Shown here: piece by piece, positions 21,409-30,166 of the stretch
Position numbering within the stretch: position 1 is the first letter of the stretch
Layout: each line of letters begins with the position of its first letter
The notes under the pieces: model-generated
The model's database searches: none
The model's input: the letters and a program-made list of their open reading frames with translations, nothing else
What the model was told of the DNA's origin: nothing
Position numbers and translations under genes: made by a program
From: Patescibacteria group bacterium
Lineage (GTDB): Bacteria > Patescibacteriota > Minisyncoccia > Phycocordibacterales > Phycocordibacteraceae
NCBI GenBank assembly: GCA_013815345.1
Contig: JACDGK010000002.1
Span: 99,399-163,398 of the forward strand
Reading direction: 5' to 3'
Length of the DNA stretch: 64,000 bases

Positions 21409-22155
21409 TCAGTGGCTTTCGTGCGGATCAACGATAGCCAACTTTATAAAGAAAAGCGTAAGCATGGCAAACACCAACGCTTGAACGATGCCAATAAACA
21501 TCTCAAAGCCTATCAACGGAGCCGGCAGAAGATACGGGAGGAAATACCCCGCAACCATAATGAGAATTTCTCCGGCGAAAATATTTCCGAAGAGACGGAA
21601 TGAGAACGAGATGATGCGGCCCAAGTTGCTGATGATCTCGATGAGACCAACTGCAAACCCCACGGGTGACCTAAGATTAACAAATTTAGACGCGTACTTC
21701 AATCCGCCGAGCGTTGCGATTCCCGTGATTTCGATCGTGAAGAAAGAAATGAAGGCCAGCGCAAGGGTGAGATTCAGGTCGGCTGCAGGGGCGCGAAGAA
21801 AAGGAGTAAGAACACCTCCCTCAAAAATACCTATTGACCCAACGCCTGGAAAAAATTCAAGTTCATTCGCGACCAATACAAAAAGAAATATGGTTGCGAG
21901 AAGTGGAAAAAAGCGCTTTGCAAGCTTGTCGCTTTCAAGGGTTTCCGAAATGTACCCAAACGCGCCTTCAAAAAGCCATTCGAAAGCCGCTTGAAGCTTT
22001 CCTGGAATCATCTTGAGATTACGCCCAAAGAAGAACGCAAAAATAATGAGCAGTGCCGTTACAATCCACGTCATCAAAAGACTGTTGGTAACTACGAAAC
22101 CAAAAATATGTCCAATCGTTTCAGCCTTTAGACTTACATGAATGCCGCTGTTCAT
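21409..22155 (-). CDS. atpB: F-type ATP synthase subunit a
   Basis: 248 aa polytopic; RLFGNIFAGEI conserved stator Arg motif. Confidence 0.9.
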   Translation of the reverse strand: MNSGIHVSLKAETIGHIFGFVVTNSLLMTWIVTALLIIFAFFFGRNLKMIPGKLQAAFEWLFEGAFGYISETLESDKLAKRFFPLLATIFLFVLVANELEFFPGVGSIGIFEGGVLTPFLRAPAADLNLTLALAFISFFTIEITGIATLGGLKYASKFVNLRSPVGFAVGLIEIISNLGRIISFSFRLFGNIFAGEILIMVAGYFLPYLLPAPLIGFEMFIGIVQALVFAMLTLFFIKLAIVDPHESH

Positions 22156-22246
22156 ACATAAAAAAGACCCTGTTGGGTCGCATTCCCTTTCATTCTCTTT
22201 ATGTTAACAGAAATGACGTGGTTCACAAAACGAGATTTTAGCTGTG

Positions 22247-22278
22247 GAAAAAGAAAAACCGCGGCGCAAGCGCCGCGG
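22247..22278 (-). terminator. rho-independent terminator downstream of pyrF (A-run on + strand, hairpin CCGCGGCGC-aag-GCGCCGCGG)
   Basis: Perfect 9-bp GC-rich stem at 22259..22278; on the minus strand it is followed by TTTTTCTTTTT. Separates pyrF from the atp operon. Confidence 0.7.
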
Positions 22279-22307
22279 CATAATGCACTCAAGAACGTGA
22301 ACCTCTC

Positions 22308-23057
22308 TCACGAAGCACGACAAGCTTCGAGAATTTCAGCATACGCTCGCTCTGCCGCAAGACGAGGGTTTGAAGCCTGAACGATCGGACGTCCCATTAC
22401 GATGCCGTTCGCCCCGCATTTGATCGCCCGCCAGGGAGTCATGACACGTTCGGGATTCTGATCGTCTCCGACGACTTGCACGTCATCAAAGCGTACCCCA
22501 GGGGTAAAGATCAGAAAATCTTCTCCCATCTGCGCGCGCACCATTACCGCTTCCGCCGGAGAACAGATCACACCATCCAGACCTGCGACTTGTGAAAGCC
22601 GCGCAAGTCGAAGGACGGTGTCGGGAACCCGGAGAGCCACATTAAAAAGACCTTCCAGATCCTTGTCTGTGAAAGAAGTCAGGACGGTAACACCCAGCAC
22701 CTTTGTTTCCGGCAGCATACCCTTAAGCCTTCGCATCCCTTCAAAATACGAAAACGCCATGGTGGTGAGAAATTCAGGCTTGGATTCTCGCAGGAAAGCG
22801 CCATCGGTTTCCATAGTTTCGGGAATATCAATGAGTTTGAGGTCGACGAAGGTCGCAAGTCCACGGCTGTGCACCTCGTCAAGAAGCTCATATCCGCAGG
22901 CTCTCAGAGCCGAGTTCATCTTGAGGACAAATCCCGTTCCCTTGAGCTGACCGGCCAAACGCAAGACCTTTTGTCGTACACCTGCTCGACCGGACTCTTC
23001 GTCAGGTTTGAAGTCAGCAGCAATAACGAGTCGCTGCTGCGGTGTTAGATTGATCAT
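22308..23057 (-). CDS. pyrF: orotidine 5'-phosphate decarboxylase
   Basis: DLKLIDIPET, GVTVLTS, GVICSP, TPGVR, GANGIVMGRPI are the OMP decarboxylase signature blocks. Confidence 0.85.
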   Translation of the reverse strand: MINLTPQQRLVIAADFKPDEESGRAGVRQKVLRLAGQLKGTGFVLKMNSALRACGYELLDEVHSRGLATFVDLKLIDIPETMETDGAFLRESKPEFLTTMAFSYFEGMRRLKGMLPETKVLGVTVLTSFTDKDLEGLFNVALRVPDTVLRLARLSQVAGLDGVICSPAEAVMVRAQMGEDFLIFTPGVRFDDVQVVGDDQNPERVMTPWRAIKCGANGIVMGRPIVQASNPRLAAERAYAEILEACRAS

Positions 23058-23081
23058 TTCAATTTCCTTCCTTTGGTGGGT

Positions 23082-23750
23082 TTAGTAGGGTGCGTTGAGG
23101 CGAGCCCAGTTATCTTTGGCTGGAATCGCTTCGGAGCTCGCAGGACAGAGCGGACATTCTTCTTTCGTCCACATGAGCATGGGACGATCGATGAGAGCGA
23201 CGATTTTTCTGCCGCTTACTTCCGTAAGGCCAGACCTGTTTACGAGAACAAGCACGAATGCTTGAGCGAACCCACGCGCCTCGATCACCGCCCTAGCCGT
23301 AAGGTCGACGCTGCTGCCCGTGCTAAGAACGTCTTCCCCAAGCAAAACCGACCGATGAAAGAGTAAGTCGAGGTCGTCGTCACTGAAGACCATCGACCTT
23401 TCACCTGCCTGATCGCTTTTTGCAGGAGACGCCCAGAAGCATTCACGCCCAGTTCTGGCTGCCACATGCTTGCTCATCAATTCGGCGAGTTTAGTCGCGC
23501 CCGTCTGAGGCCCGACCACGGCCTGAACTTTTGAAATCTCCCCGCCGCACTGGCCGAAGATCTCCAGAAGATCTGAAGTAGCTTCTTGCAGCAAAACTTC
23601 ATCAGGAATCACTAGACCGCTATTAAAGAAGCCATTGGAGTGTTTGCCAGAGGTGAGAAGGGCGTGTGGACGCTTCGGGTTTCCGTCATGGATCCAAAGC
23701 GCATTTTTTCGCTGGTATTGATCGATCCAGTAACTAGAATCACGTGCCAT
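23082..23750 (-). CDS. pyrE: type I phosphoribosyltransferase, probable orotate phosphoribosyltransferase
   Basis: VLLGEDVLSTGSSVDLTARAV PRPP-binding motif; adjacent to pyrF. Product assignment is by context. Confidence 0.6.
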   Translation of the reverse strand: MARDSSYWIDQYQRKNALWIHDGNPKRPHALLTSGKHSNGFFNSGLVIPDEVLLQEATSDLLEIFGQCGGEISKVQAVVGPQTGATKLAELMSKHVAARTGRECFWASPAKSDQAGERSMVFSDDDLDLLFHRSVLLGEDVLSTGSSVDLTARAVIEARGFAQAFVLVLVNRSGLTEVSGRKIVALIDRPMLMWTKEECPLCPASSEAIPAKDNWARLNAPY

Positions 23751-23862
23751 AAAGAGTATCCTTGTGTTGGTATGGAAAGGTACGAAGAAAGCCGGACTAT
23801 CCGGTCTCTTTCTTTCATTACTCTAGCCCTCTGACCTCAAAAAGCAACCTGCATCGATTTTG

Positions 23863-23938
23863 TGGTGGACCATGCCGGACTTGAACCGGCCACCTCATCC
23901 ATGCCATGGATGCGCTCTACCAGATGAGCTAATGGCCC
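23863..23938 (-). tRNA. tRNA-Ala (anticodon GGC), CCA encoded
   Basis: Hand-folded reverse complement GGGCCATTAGCTCATCTGGTAGAGCGCATCCATGGCATGGATGAGGTGGCCGGTTCAAGTCCGGCATGGTCCACCA: 7-bp acceptor stem with G3:U70, D stem GCTC/GAGC, anticodon stem CATCC/GGATG, loop AT-GGC-AT, T stem GCCGG/CCGGC. Confidence 0.85.
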
Positions 23939-23962
23939 TCGTAATGTAATACTACTCCACGA

Positions 23963-24430
23963 TTACTGCTTTCTCTTCAGTGACTCAAGCTCGTTCAAAA
24001 TGCGACGCATGTCCTCCGTGAGCCGATCAATGCTGGTGGCATGGTCTTTGTGGAATTTCTCTTCCTCCGCATCTTCCTCGGAGAGTTCATCAATATCTTC
24101 ACTAATCTCTTCAATATCTTCTTGAATCTCATCCACATCCTCACCGAGCTCTTCCACATCTTCCTGAATCTCATCAATGTCTTCCTCCACTTCTTGGAGG
24201 CTGCGAGTGTTTCTATTCACACTAAACTGAATAAAGATCGCCAGATAGATAGCCTCCAGCGAAACGATCGTATTCCACACGAGTAATACGTAGTCGCGTG
24301 GAAATGGGCCCGCGACAGTAAGAATAAGGAATCCTAAAAATAGAATACTGTGGAAAATGATCGAGGGGACCGAACCGATCCACGCGATAAATACTTCGAT
24401 GCCATTTGGTTTTTTAGGAGATTTCACCAT
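23963..24430 (-). CDS. DUF1003-like membrane protein with acidic coiled-coil C-terminus
   Basis: The track ORF runs to 24781, but upstream codons are K/R/C-rich junk. A plausible start is MVKSPKKPNG (ATG at 24430). Two TM helices follow (FIAWIGSVPSIIFHSILFLGFLIL, IVSLEAIYLAIFIQF), then EEDIDEIQEDVEELGEDVDEIQEDIEEISEDIDELSEE. Confidence 0.5.
   Translation of the reverse strand: MVKSPKKPNGIEVFIAWIGSVPSIIFHSILFLGFLILTVAGPFPRDYVLLVWNTIVSLEAIYLAIFIQFSVNRNTRSLQEVEEDIDEIQEDVEELGEDVDEIQEDIEEISEDIDELSEEDAEEEKFHKDHATSIDRLTEDMRRILNELESLKRKQ
24058..24200 (-). repeat. about 21-bp imperfect tandem repeats (x5-6) encoding acidic heptad-like EDxxEIx units
   Basis: Plus strand reads ...ttcaatatcttcttgaatctc atccacatcctcaccgagctc ttccacatcttcctgaatctc atcaatgtcttcctccacttc... 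Confidence 0.6.
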
Positions 24431-24514
24431 ATATATCAAAATTAGCACCGATAGCTCATGCGGTCTATCTATATATGCATTCCCACGCTTTTGCGGTAAG
24501 GTAAAGGTACCCAT

Positions 24515-25588
24515 ATGCCGGTGAATAACCCGTCTAAATACCCTCTTCGCGTCAACGCGCCACGCAAAGGTATTCAATTCTCGTATCTTCGTGCGGGTGC
24601 ACTTCTTGGGATCATTGCAATTTCGGGACTTTTTCTCTTGCCGCAAGTCATTACGCTTGAAGTTATTAACGAGCAAACTCAAACGACGACGACACAACCT
24701 GCAGTAGTGACTACCGCAGTCGCAAATTCCTTTCCTATTTCGGTAAATCCAGCGACCAAAAGCATTGTGGATAATCCACAAGCTGATGCTTTTTTCAAAG
24801 CAAACCGCACCCCTCTTACCGCTGCTGTCGGGAATGTTGGCGATCTTTTTAGCTGGATCGCTTCATTAATTGATAATACGGCTCTCTATCAGTCACTTGC
24901 CGGCGCGGATGGCCACCTTATTAGCGTCAGACCGGGATATCGAAAAGAGGAAGTCCTTTCACAACTCACGAATGCACTGCACTGGACAAAAATACAGCAG
25001 CAACAATTTAGTGCGGCTGTTGCATCAGAAAATTCAGGCATACCCGACGGTATTTTTGCGCCGGGTAACTATGTGGTAGATACGAGTATGACGCCGGCAA
25101 GTGTTGCTGCTCTTATGAACGTGAAGTTTGGTCAGACCATTCTTTCTCACTACAGCACTACAACAGCATCCACCGTGCCTCTCTCCGACGCCCTTACCGT
25201 CGCCTCCATGCTCGAGCGTGAAGCGAGCGGCTCGAGCGACATACGGATCATTTCCGGTATCATCTGGAATCGACTTTTCAATAACATGAATCTTCAGATC
25301 GATGCGACGCTTCAGTATGCAAAAGGTGAAAATCGAAGCGGTAACTGGTGGCAAAAAGTAGTCCCAGCCGATAAGTTTATAAAGTCTCCATACAACACTT
25401 ACGCACACGCAGGACTTCCTCCTGGTCCGATAGCGAATCCTTCAGTCGCTTCAGTACTAGCGGCACTTAATCCGGTCCCGACCTCTTGTCTGTATTACTT
25501 CCATGATGCACGAGGAGTTTTCCATTGTTCGAAGACGTACGCGCAACACGTGGCGCTTCTGAAGAAATATTACGGCCAAGGCAAATAG
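24515..25588 (+). CDS. mltG: endolytic murein transglycosylase MltG (YceG family)
   Basis: N-terminal TM anchor; YNTYAHAGLPPGPIANPSVASVLAALNP is the YceG signature. Confidence 0.8.
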   Translation: MPVNNPSKYPLRVNAPRKGIQFSYLRAGALLGIIAISGLFLLPQVITLEVINEQTQTTTTQPAVVTTAVANSFPISVNPATKSIVDNPQADAFFKANRTPLTAAVGNVGDLFSWIASLIDNTALYQSLAGADGHLISVRPGYRKEEVLSQLTNALHWTKIQQQQFSAAVASENSGIPDGIFAPGNYVVDTSMTPASVAALMNVKFGQTILSHYSTTTASTVPLSDALTVASMLEREASGSSDIRIISGIIWNRLFNNMNLQIDATLQYAKGENRSGNWWQKVVPADKFIKSPYNTYAHAGLPPGPIANPSVASVLAALNPVPTSCLYYFHDARGVFHCSKTYAQHVALLKKYYGQGK

Positions 25589-25663
25589 TTTTTAATATAA
25601 AAAGATAAAAAGGAACCCCGCGTTCCTTAAGAAAGGCGCGGGATTCGAGGTTGTAAGTAGACC

Positions 25664-26629
25664 TTAGCTGGGACGAATCCATCTTCCCAGACCTGTTCTC
25701 ACTGCGGTGAGAATTTCGTGAGGCTCGAGCAGAGTGAATTCGTGGGGCTCCAGATCGTGACTGCGGCTGCCGCACACAATGAGCTTGCCGCTGTCGTGAA
25801 AGAACCATCCCGGAATCGAAGGAATGGTGTGGAGCTCACGGGCTTCTGAGCCCGTAATGACCGCTGCCCTCTTTTCCGCTTCTGCCATGCGTATTGCGTG
25901 CATGACATCGCCGAGGTAGAGATTTGTGCGCCGATTCACTTGAATGCCGACGTAGAACTTGCCATCGTCATGCTTTTGCGTCCACACGACGACATCGGCT
26001 CCTCTTTCAAAAGCTTCTTCCCGTAGATTGGGTTTCTGCAAGATGATAGCGAGCTGAAGCCCGTTTTTAAGGTGCTGGATGCGCCCGTCGTACTGAAATA
26101 GTTTCTTGGCCCTGGCGCGCATTTTGCCCTGACTATAGATGACGTTCAAGACCTCGAACACTCGGTCGGCGGCGGCCTCCCAATCCACCTCGCGAGATTT
26201 GCAATCCGTAAGGTGATACGGCAAGCCCTTAAAGTAATAGTGGATATCGGTCCTCGAGATGCGCTCCACATTATCCGTGGCTCGCGTCAGTTCGAGAATG
26301 TCGACGATACCTGGATCCCTAGCGAATCCATATTTTTCCGCCATCAGCTGAAAACTTGACGCCCTTTCGAGCATCTTTCCATGCTGGTCGCAGTCTCCGC
26401 CACCGGTGTCCATATAGAGGACCCGATAGCCGTCGGTGTATTCCGGATCAAGTCTTTCCCCCGAGGGAACGAACATTATTTCCGAGACGGCGTCCTTGCT
26501 CACGAACCGAAGTGCCGCCCAAAGACAAGCCCAGGCGTCGGTGTCAGGATATTGGTGAATGACGAATTTCCACGGAAGTACCGTGGGAAGTGATTCAGTC
26601 GTTTGCGTTTGTAGTGCTTGATTCCCCAC
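25664..26629 (-). CDS. hypothetical protein, possible DHH-family phosphoesterase (NrnA-like)
   Basis: FVIHQYPDTDAWACLWAA resembles DHH motif I/II (H.NPDgDA.GS) and YMDTGGGDCDQHG a degenerate motif III; assignment is tentative. Confidence 0.35.
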   Translation of the reverse strand: MGNQALQTQTTESLPTVLPWKFVIHQYPDTDAWACLWAALRFVSKDAVSEIMFVPSGERLDPEYTDGYRVLYMDTGGGDCDQHGKMLERASSFQLMAEKYGFARDPGIVDILELTRATDNVERISRTDIHYYFKGLPYHLTDCKSREVDWEAAADRVFEVLNVIYSQGKMRARAKKLFQYDGRIQHLKNGLQLAIILQKPNLREEAFERGADVVVWTQKHDDGKFYVGIQVNRRTNLYLGDVMHAIRMAEAEKRAAVITGSEARELHTIPSIPGWFFHDSGKLIVCGSRSHDLEPHEFTLLEPHEILTAVRTGLGRWIRPS

Positions 26630-26720
26630 AGGAATCTCCTTTTTTATAGTGCATGCCTGGCAATGGCCCTAAAGAACTGCCAGCTATTTTATATAATAAA
26701 TTAAACTAAAAGTCAAATTG

Positions 26721-26793
26721 TGGACCCTAGGAGATTCGAACTCCTGACCCCCTCATTGCAAATGAGGTGCTCTACCAGCTGAGCTAAGGGCCC
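26721..26793 (-). tRNA. tRNA-Ala (anticodon TGC)
   Basis: Reverse complement GGGCCCTTAGCTCAGCTGGTAGAGCACCTCATTTGCAATGAGGGGGTCAGGAGTTCGAATCTCCTAGGGTCCA: G3:U70, anticodon stem CCTCA/TGAGG with loop TT-TGC-AA; CCA not encoded. Confidence 0.85.
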
Positions 26794-26899
26794 ATTGTGA
26801 TTGCGTAAATCTGCAATGGGAAAATATCTACAAATCGGTTTGTAAGTCGGCAACTCACGTCCGTGCGATACGAACCAACGTCAGAAACTATACCATATC

Positions 26900-27235
26900 T
26901 TATTTTCTCGTTAAAGCGTCGACCTTTGCCGCTAGAATAAAGTCGTTCTCAGAAAGTCCGTGTATGGCGTGGGTGGTGAGATCTACTTCAACCTTGCCCC
27001 AGGATACCGTCAGATCAGGATGATGGCCTTCGGATTCTGCCACTTCACCTATCTGATTTGCGAATTGTAGAGCACTTTTAAAGTCAGGAAATGAATACTT
27101 TTTTGAAAGACACGTGGCTGTAGTATCTATGTTCCATCCATTCACTTGCGAAAGATATTCCTCTGCCTGCGTTTTTGTAAGTGCTGCAGTGCCTCCCTCG
27201 CAGGGTATGCATTTCTTTTCAAGAAGAGTGTCCAT
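26900..27235 (-). CDS. pterin-4a-carbinolamine dehydratase (PCD/DCoH)
   Basis: 111 aa; EGHHPDLTVSWGKVEVDLTTH matches the PCD [EDKH]-x(3)-H-[HN]-P motif region. Confidence 0.8.
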   Translation of the reverse strand: MDTLLEKKCIPCEGGTAALTKTQAEEYLSQVNGWNIDTTATCLSKKYSFPDFKSALQFANQIGEVAESEGHHPDLTVSWGKVEVDLTTHAIHGLSENDFILAAKVDALTRK

Positions 27236-27249
27236 TCCTCTATTCTACC

Positions 27250-28233
27250 CTACTTATTCATCGCCAGATCCACTATATGCGAGAGGAAATCTGGAAACGG
27301 AATGCCAACTGCTTGAAGCGACTTCGGAAGCAGTGATTCTTTGGTAAGTCCGGGTAAGGTATTTGTCTCCAGATAATACGTGCCGCGGGGAGTCACCATG
27401 AAGTCTGAGCGTGAATAGTGACGCAGTCCGAGAGCTTCGTGCATAATGCGCGCGTTTTGTGAAAGTTCGTCGGCTATTTTTTTTGAAAAACGGCCGGGGC
27501 AGATTTCATTTGTAGTGCCGTTATATTTTGATTCATACGAAAAATAATCATTGGGTGGAGGTACAATCTCGATCGATGGAAGCGTGTAGAGAGACTCGCC
27601 TCGCAGATTTTCTACGACAGCCGTTGTCGCTTCAGTACCTCGTATAAATTCCTCCACTAACACACCGCCACTCTCCGCAAGAAGATCGCTAATCGCATGG
27701 TAGACTGGCGCATACCCACCTACAATAGAAATTCCAACCGAGGAACCCCAATTCACCGGCTTCACAATAACCGGCTGATGAAATGTGCGGATGATCTCGT
27801 AGGTTGCGGCATCAACATCATTTCCCTGCTCAATAAAACGATAGTTGGGTGTTCTCAATCCTAACTCCTTTGCTTTTTCTTTTGACCACACCTTATGCAT
27901 TGCGAAATGAGACGCGAGCGAGTTTGAACCGGTATACGGAATATTAAAACGTTCCAAAAGACGCTGGACTTCTCCGTCTTCGCCGTATTCACCATGCAGC
28001 GCAATCACGACTACATCAAGCGCACGTAAAATATCGGCAGGAGTGGATACTTTGCCACGTTCATACCACTGACCTTGCTTGTCTATATAAATATCACGTA
28101 CGGTAAAGCGTTCTCGAGAAAGATTTGAGATAACCGCATGACCGGTCATGAGAGAAATCTCATGTTCTCTCGAAGGACCTCCTCGCAGTACACCGACAAC
28201 CGTGCCGTTCATTATGAAAAGTATAACAGACAA
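27250..28233 (-). CDS. ddl: D-alanine--D-alanine ligase
   Basis: GVLRGGPSREHEISLMTG N-terminus, ATP-grasp core, 327 aa. Confidence 0.85.
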   Translation of the reverse strand: MSVILFIMNGTVVGVLRGGPSREHEISLMTGHAVISNLSRERFTVRDIYIDKQGQWYERGKVSTPADILRALDVVVIALHGEYGEDGEVQRLLERFNIPYTGSNSLASHFAMHKVWSKEKAKELGLRTPNYRFIEQGNDVDAATYEIIRTFHQPVIVKPVNWGSSVGISIVGGYAPVYHAISDLLAESGGVLVEEFIRGTEATTAVVENLRGESLYTLPSIEIVPPPNDYFSYESKYNGTTNEICPGRFSKKIADELSQNARIMHEALGLRHYSRSDFMVTPRGTYYLETNTLPGLTKESLLPKSLQAVGIPFPDFLSHIVDLAMNK

Positions 28234-28463
28234 GATGTGGAAAGGGCCGGAAACTTGAAGAAAGTTTCCGGCCCTTTTGGCGTTGTCGGCCAGTTCAGGG
28301 TGTCGTGAGACGACACCCGGTGGTACATCGAATTCTGAAAATTTGCGTTCTCCTTGTTACGGCGTCTTTTGACATGCGGAGCATCAAGTGCCCGACAGGC
28401 GCTGATCAGAAAACCAGTTGCGACGCCCGTACAAATATATCATTACATATACTCAAATATTTG

Positions 28464-29774
28464 TCAAGTACCCGTGCGCATTCCCTTGTTGCGAGCGGCG
28501 CGGTGCTTGGCGAGGGAAAATCGATGGGCCTCGGAATTTGCTAGCACAGCATCAGCTTCGCTAATGCTGGCCCGTATAGCGCCGAGCACTTCCCGCGGGC
28601 GATGTTTCTCATCTTTTACAACCGCTACCACCGGAATACTGACCCCTACCTCCAGAAGCACGCTTTCTGCGGCCTTTTTATGAGTCTTCCCTCCGTCGAT
28701 CACAAACGCGCGCGGAAGTGGCCACTCAGGATGTCCCAGCCGACGTGAAAGAATTTCTTTAAGTGACGTGATGTCGTCGTTCATGCGTTTTGATTCGCGA
28801 GAGGTGGCGGTCAAAGAAGATTTTTTTGATATTCCAGTGCCCTTCTGCATCAATCCTCGTATGCGAAATGTTCGATAGTCCTGCTTTACCGGCACGCCAT
28901 TTTCAACAACCGTCATCACGCCAATTGCATTGCTTCCAGAAATATGTGCCGTGTCATACGCCTCAATACGAGGAGCAGCTACACCCTTATGTCGTTCTTC
29001 TTTTATTAGTGACACGTCTTGCACGTGATCAAGAGCAAAAAGTTGACCGCGGATCTCTGATGCTTCTTCGAATCGCTCTTCTCTCGCCGCCTGCTTCATT
29101 TCTCGAGTCAGAGTTGCGCGGAGCATTTTGACACGTCCTGAGAGAAAAAGGGACACGTTGCGAATAGAGCGAAGATATTCCTTTCGATCCATGTTTCGCG
29201 GATACTGTCCGATCTGCTGATTAAACTCGACACGCGCTTGCTGATGCTTTCCCAGAAAGCCGATCGGCTTATCAGTATCATAAAAAGGAAAAATGCGACG
29301 AATGAGTCGGAGGGCCTCACGGAGCTGATACCCAGAAGGAAAAGGGCCGTGAGCCACTTGAATTTTTTGACCGTTTGCCACACAAGCCTCAAAGTCGATA
29401 TCTTTGCCCCGTACCGCAAGCACCCGAGGAATCTCTTCGTCGGTGATAACGGCATATAAAAAAGTCTTGTCATCTTTGCCTTCTGCGTTTGCGGATGGTG
29501 TGTAGTGTCGAATAAGTGCCGCCTCGCGCACCAGTGCCTCAAGAACGGTCGGCGTGGTCTCATGCGTAATTCCTTCCGCTTTTGTCACCATATCGACTAT
29601 TCGCGGACCGCGAGTAGCAATCAGGTCATCATCGAAATACGAACGGACACGATCTCGCAGAGACGTCGCCTTCCCTACATACAACACTTTCTTGCTTCTG
29701 CCTTTGCCTTGGGTAAAAAGGTACACACCAGGATAGTCCGGTAAATCAAAAGCGACTAATTGCGCGCGTTCCAT
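28464..29774 (-). CDS. uvrC: excinuclease ABC subunit C, short form lacking C-terminal (HhH)2 domain
   Basis: GIY-YIG N-terminus (GVYLFTQ...VLYVGKATSLRDRVRSYF), UvrB-interaction helix (EEASEIRGQLFALDHV), RNase H-like endonuclease domain (FVIDGGKTHKKAAE...VVAVVKDEKHR). Only 436 aa. Confidence 0.75.
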   Translation of the reverse strand: MERAQLVAFDLPDYPGVYLFTQGKGRSKKVLYVGKATSLRDRVRSYFDDDLIATRGPRIVDMVTKAEGITHETTPTVLEALVREAALIRHYTPSANAEGKDDKTFLYAVITDEEIPRVLAVRGKDIDFEACVANGQKIQVAHGPFPSGYQLREALRLIRRIFPFYDTDKPIGFLGKHQQARVEFNQQIGQYPRNMDRKEYLRSIRNVSLFLSGRVKMLRATLTREMKQAAREERFEEASEIRGQLFALDHVQDVSLIKEERHKGVAAPRIEAYDTAHISGSNAIGVMTVVENGVPVKQDYRTFRIRGLMQKGTGISKKSSLTATSRESKRMNDDITSLKEILSRRLGHPEWPLPRAFVIDGGKTHKKAAESVLLEVGVSIPVVAVVKDEKHRPREVLGAIRASISEADAVLANSEAHRFSLAKHRAARNKGMRTGT

Positions 29775-29844
29775 AAAGTTTGACTATGAGAATCCTTATT
29801 ATATAGTCTGAAATAGGTTCCGTACAAATGTAAAGGAGGAGGCT

Positions 29845-30135
29845 ATGACCTTCATAAAGATAGTGATGCTTGTCATATTGCTTGCGTTTCAATTTCTGGT
29901 TCCTTTTGCTCTTATGACGCTGTATGCATTCACTTCTCCGTGGCCAAGAGTTCGAGGAATGCGACTTTTCAGATTATTTGGATTTCTAGTTCTCTTTCAA
30001 TCAATTATTGGAGTTCCAATTTGGTATTGGACTACAAAAACAGGCCATTCAACACCCATGAGTGTCATTGCATTGCTGGTATTTGGCATTTTTGGGGCCA
30101 TCCTGGGATGGTATTTCGGTAAACCAAGGGCCTAA
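29845..30135 (+). CDS. small hypothetical membrane protein (96 aa, 3 TM helices)
   Basis: Hydrophobic ORF with RBS-like AAAGGAGGAGG 6 nt upstream and a strong terminator downstream. Confidence 0.5.
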   Translation: MTFIKIVMLVILLAFQFLVPFALMTLYAFTSPWPRVRGMRLFRLFGFLVLFQSIIGVPIWYWTTKTGHSTPMSVIALLVFGIFGAILGWYFGKPRA

Positions 30136-30140
30136 GCGAA

Positions 30141-30166
30141 GGCCGTCTTCTGAGACGGCCTTTTTT
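30141..30166 (+). terminator. rho-independent terminator (GGCCGTCT-tctg-AGACGGCC + TTTTTT) between convergent genes
   Basis: 8-bp perfect stem plus T6; T-run overlaps the uvrA stop codon. Confidence 0.8.

Noticed and set aside
22156-22246. Candidate atp operon promoter upstream of atpB
   Set aside because: Only weak -35/-10-like hexamers (TTGTGA / TAAAGA) and no convincing SD; insufficient to call.
23963-24781. 272-aa version of the ORF ending at 23963 (track entry)
   Set aside because: The first 117 codons are K/R/C-rich with no hydrophobic or domain signal and would remove the divergent promoter space before mltG; the internal ATG at 24430 (MVKSPKK...) fits a DUF1003-like protein.
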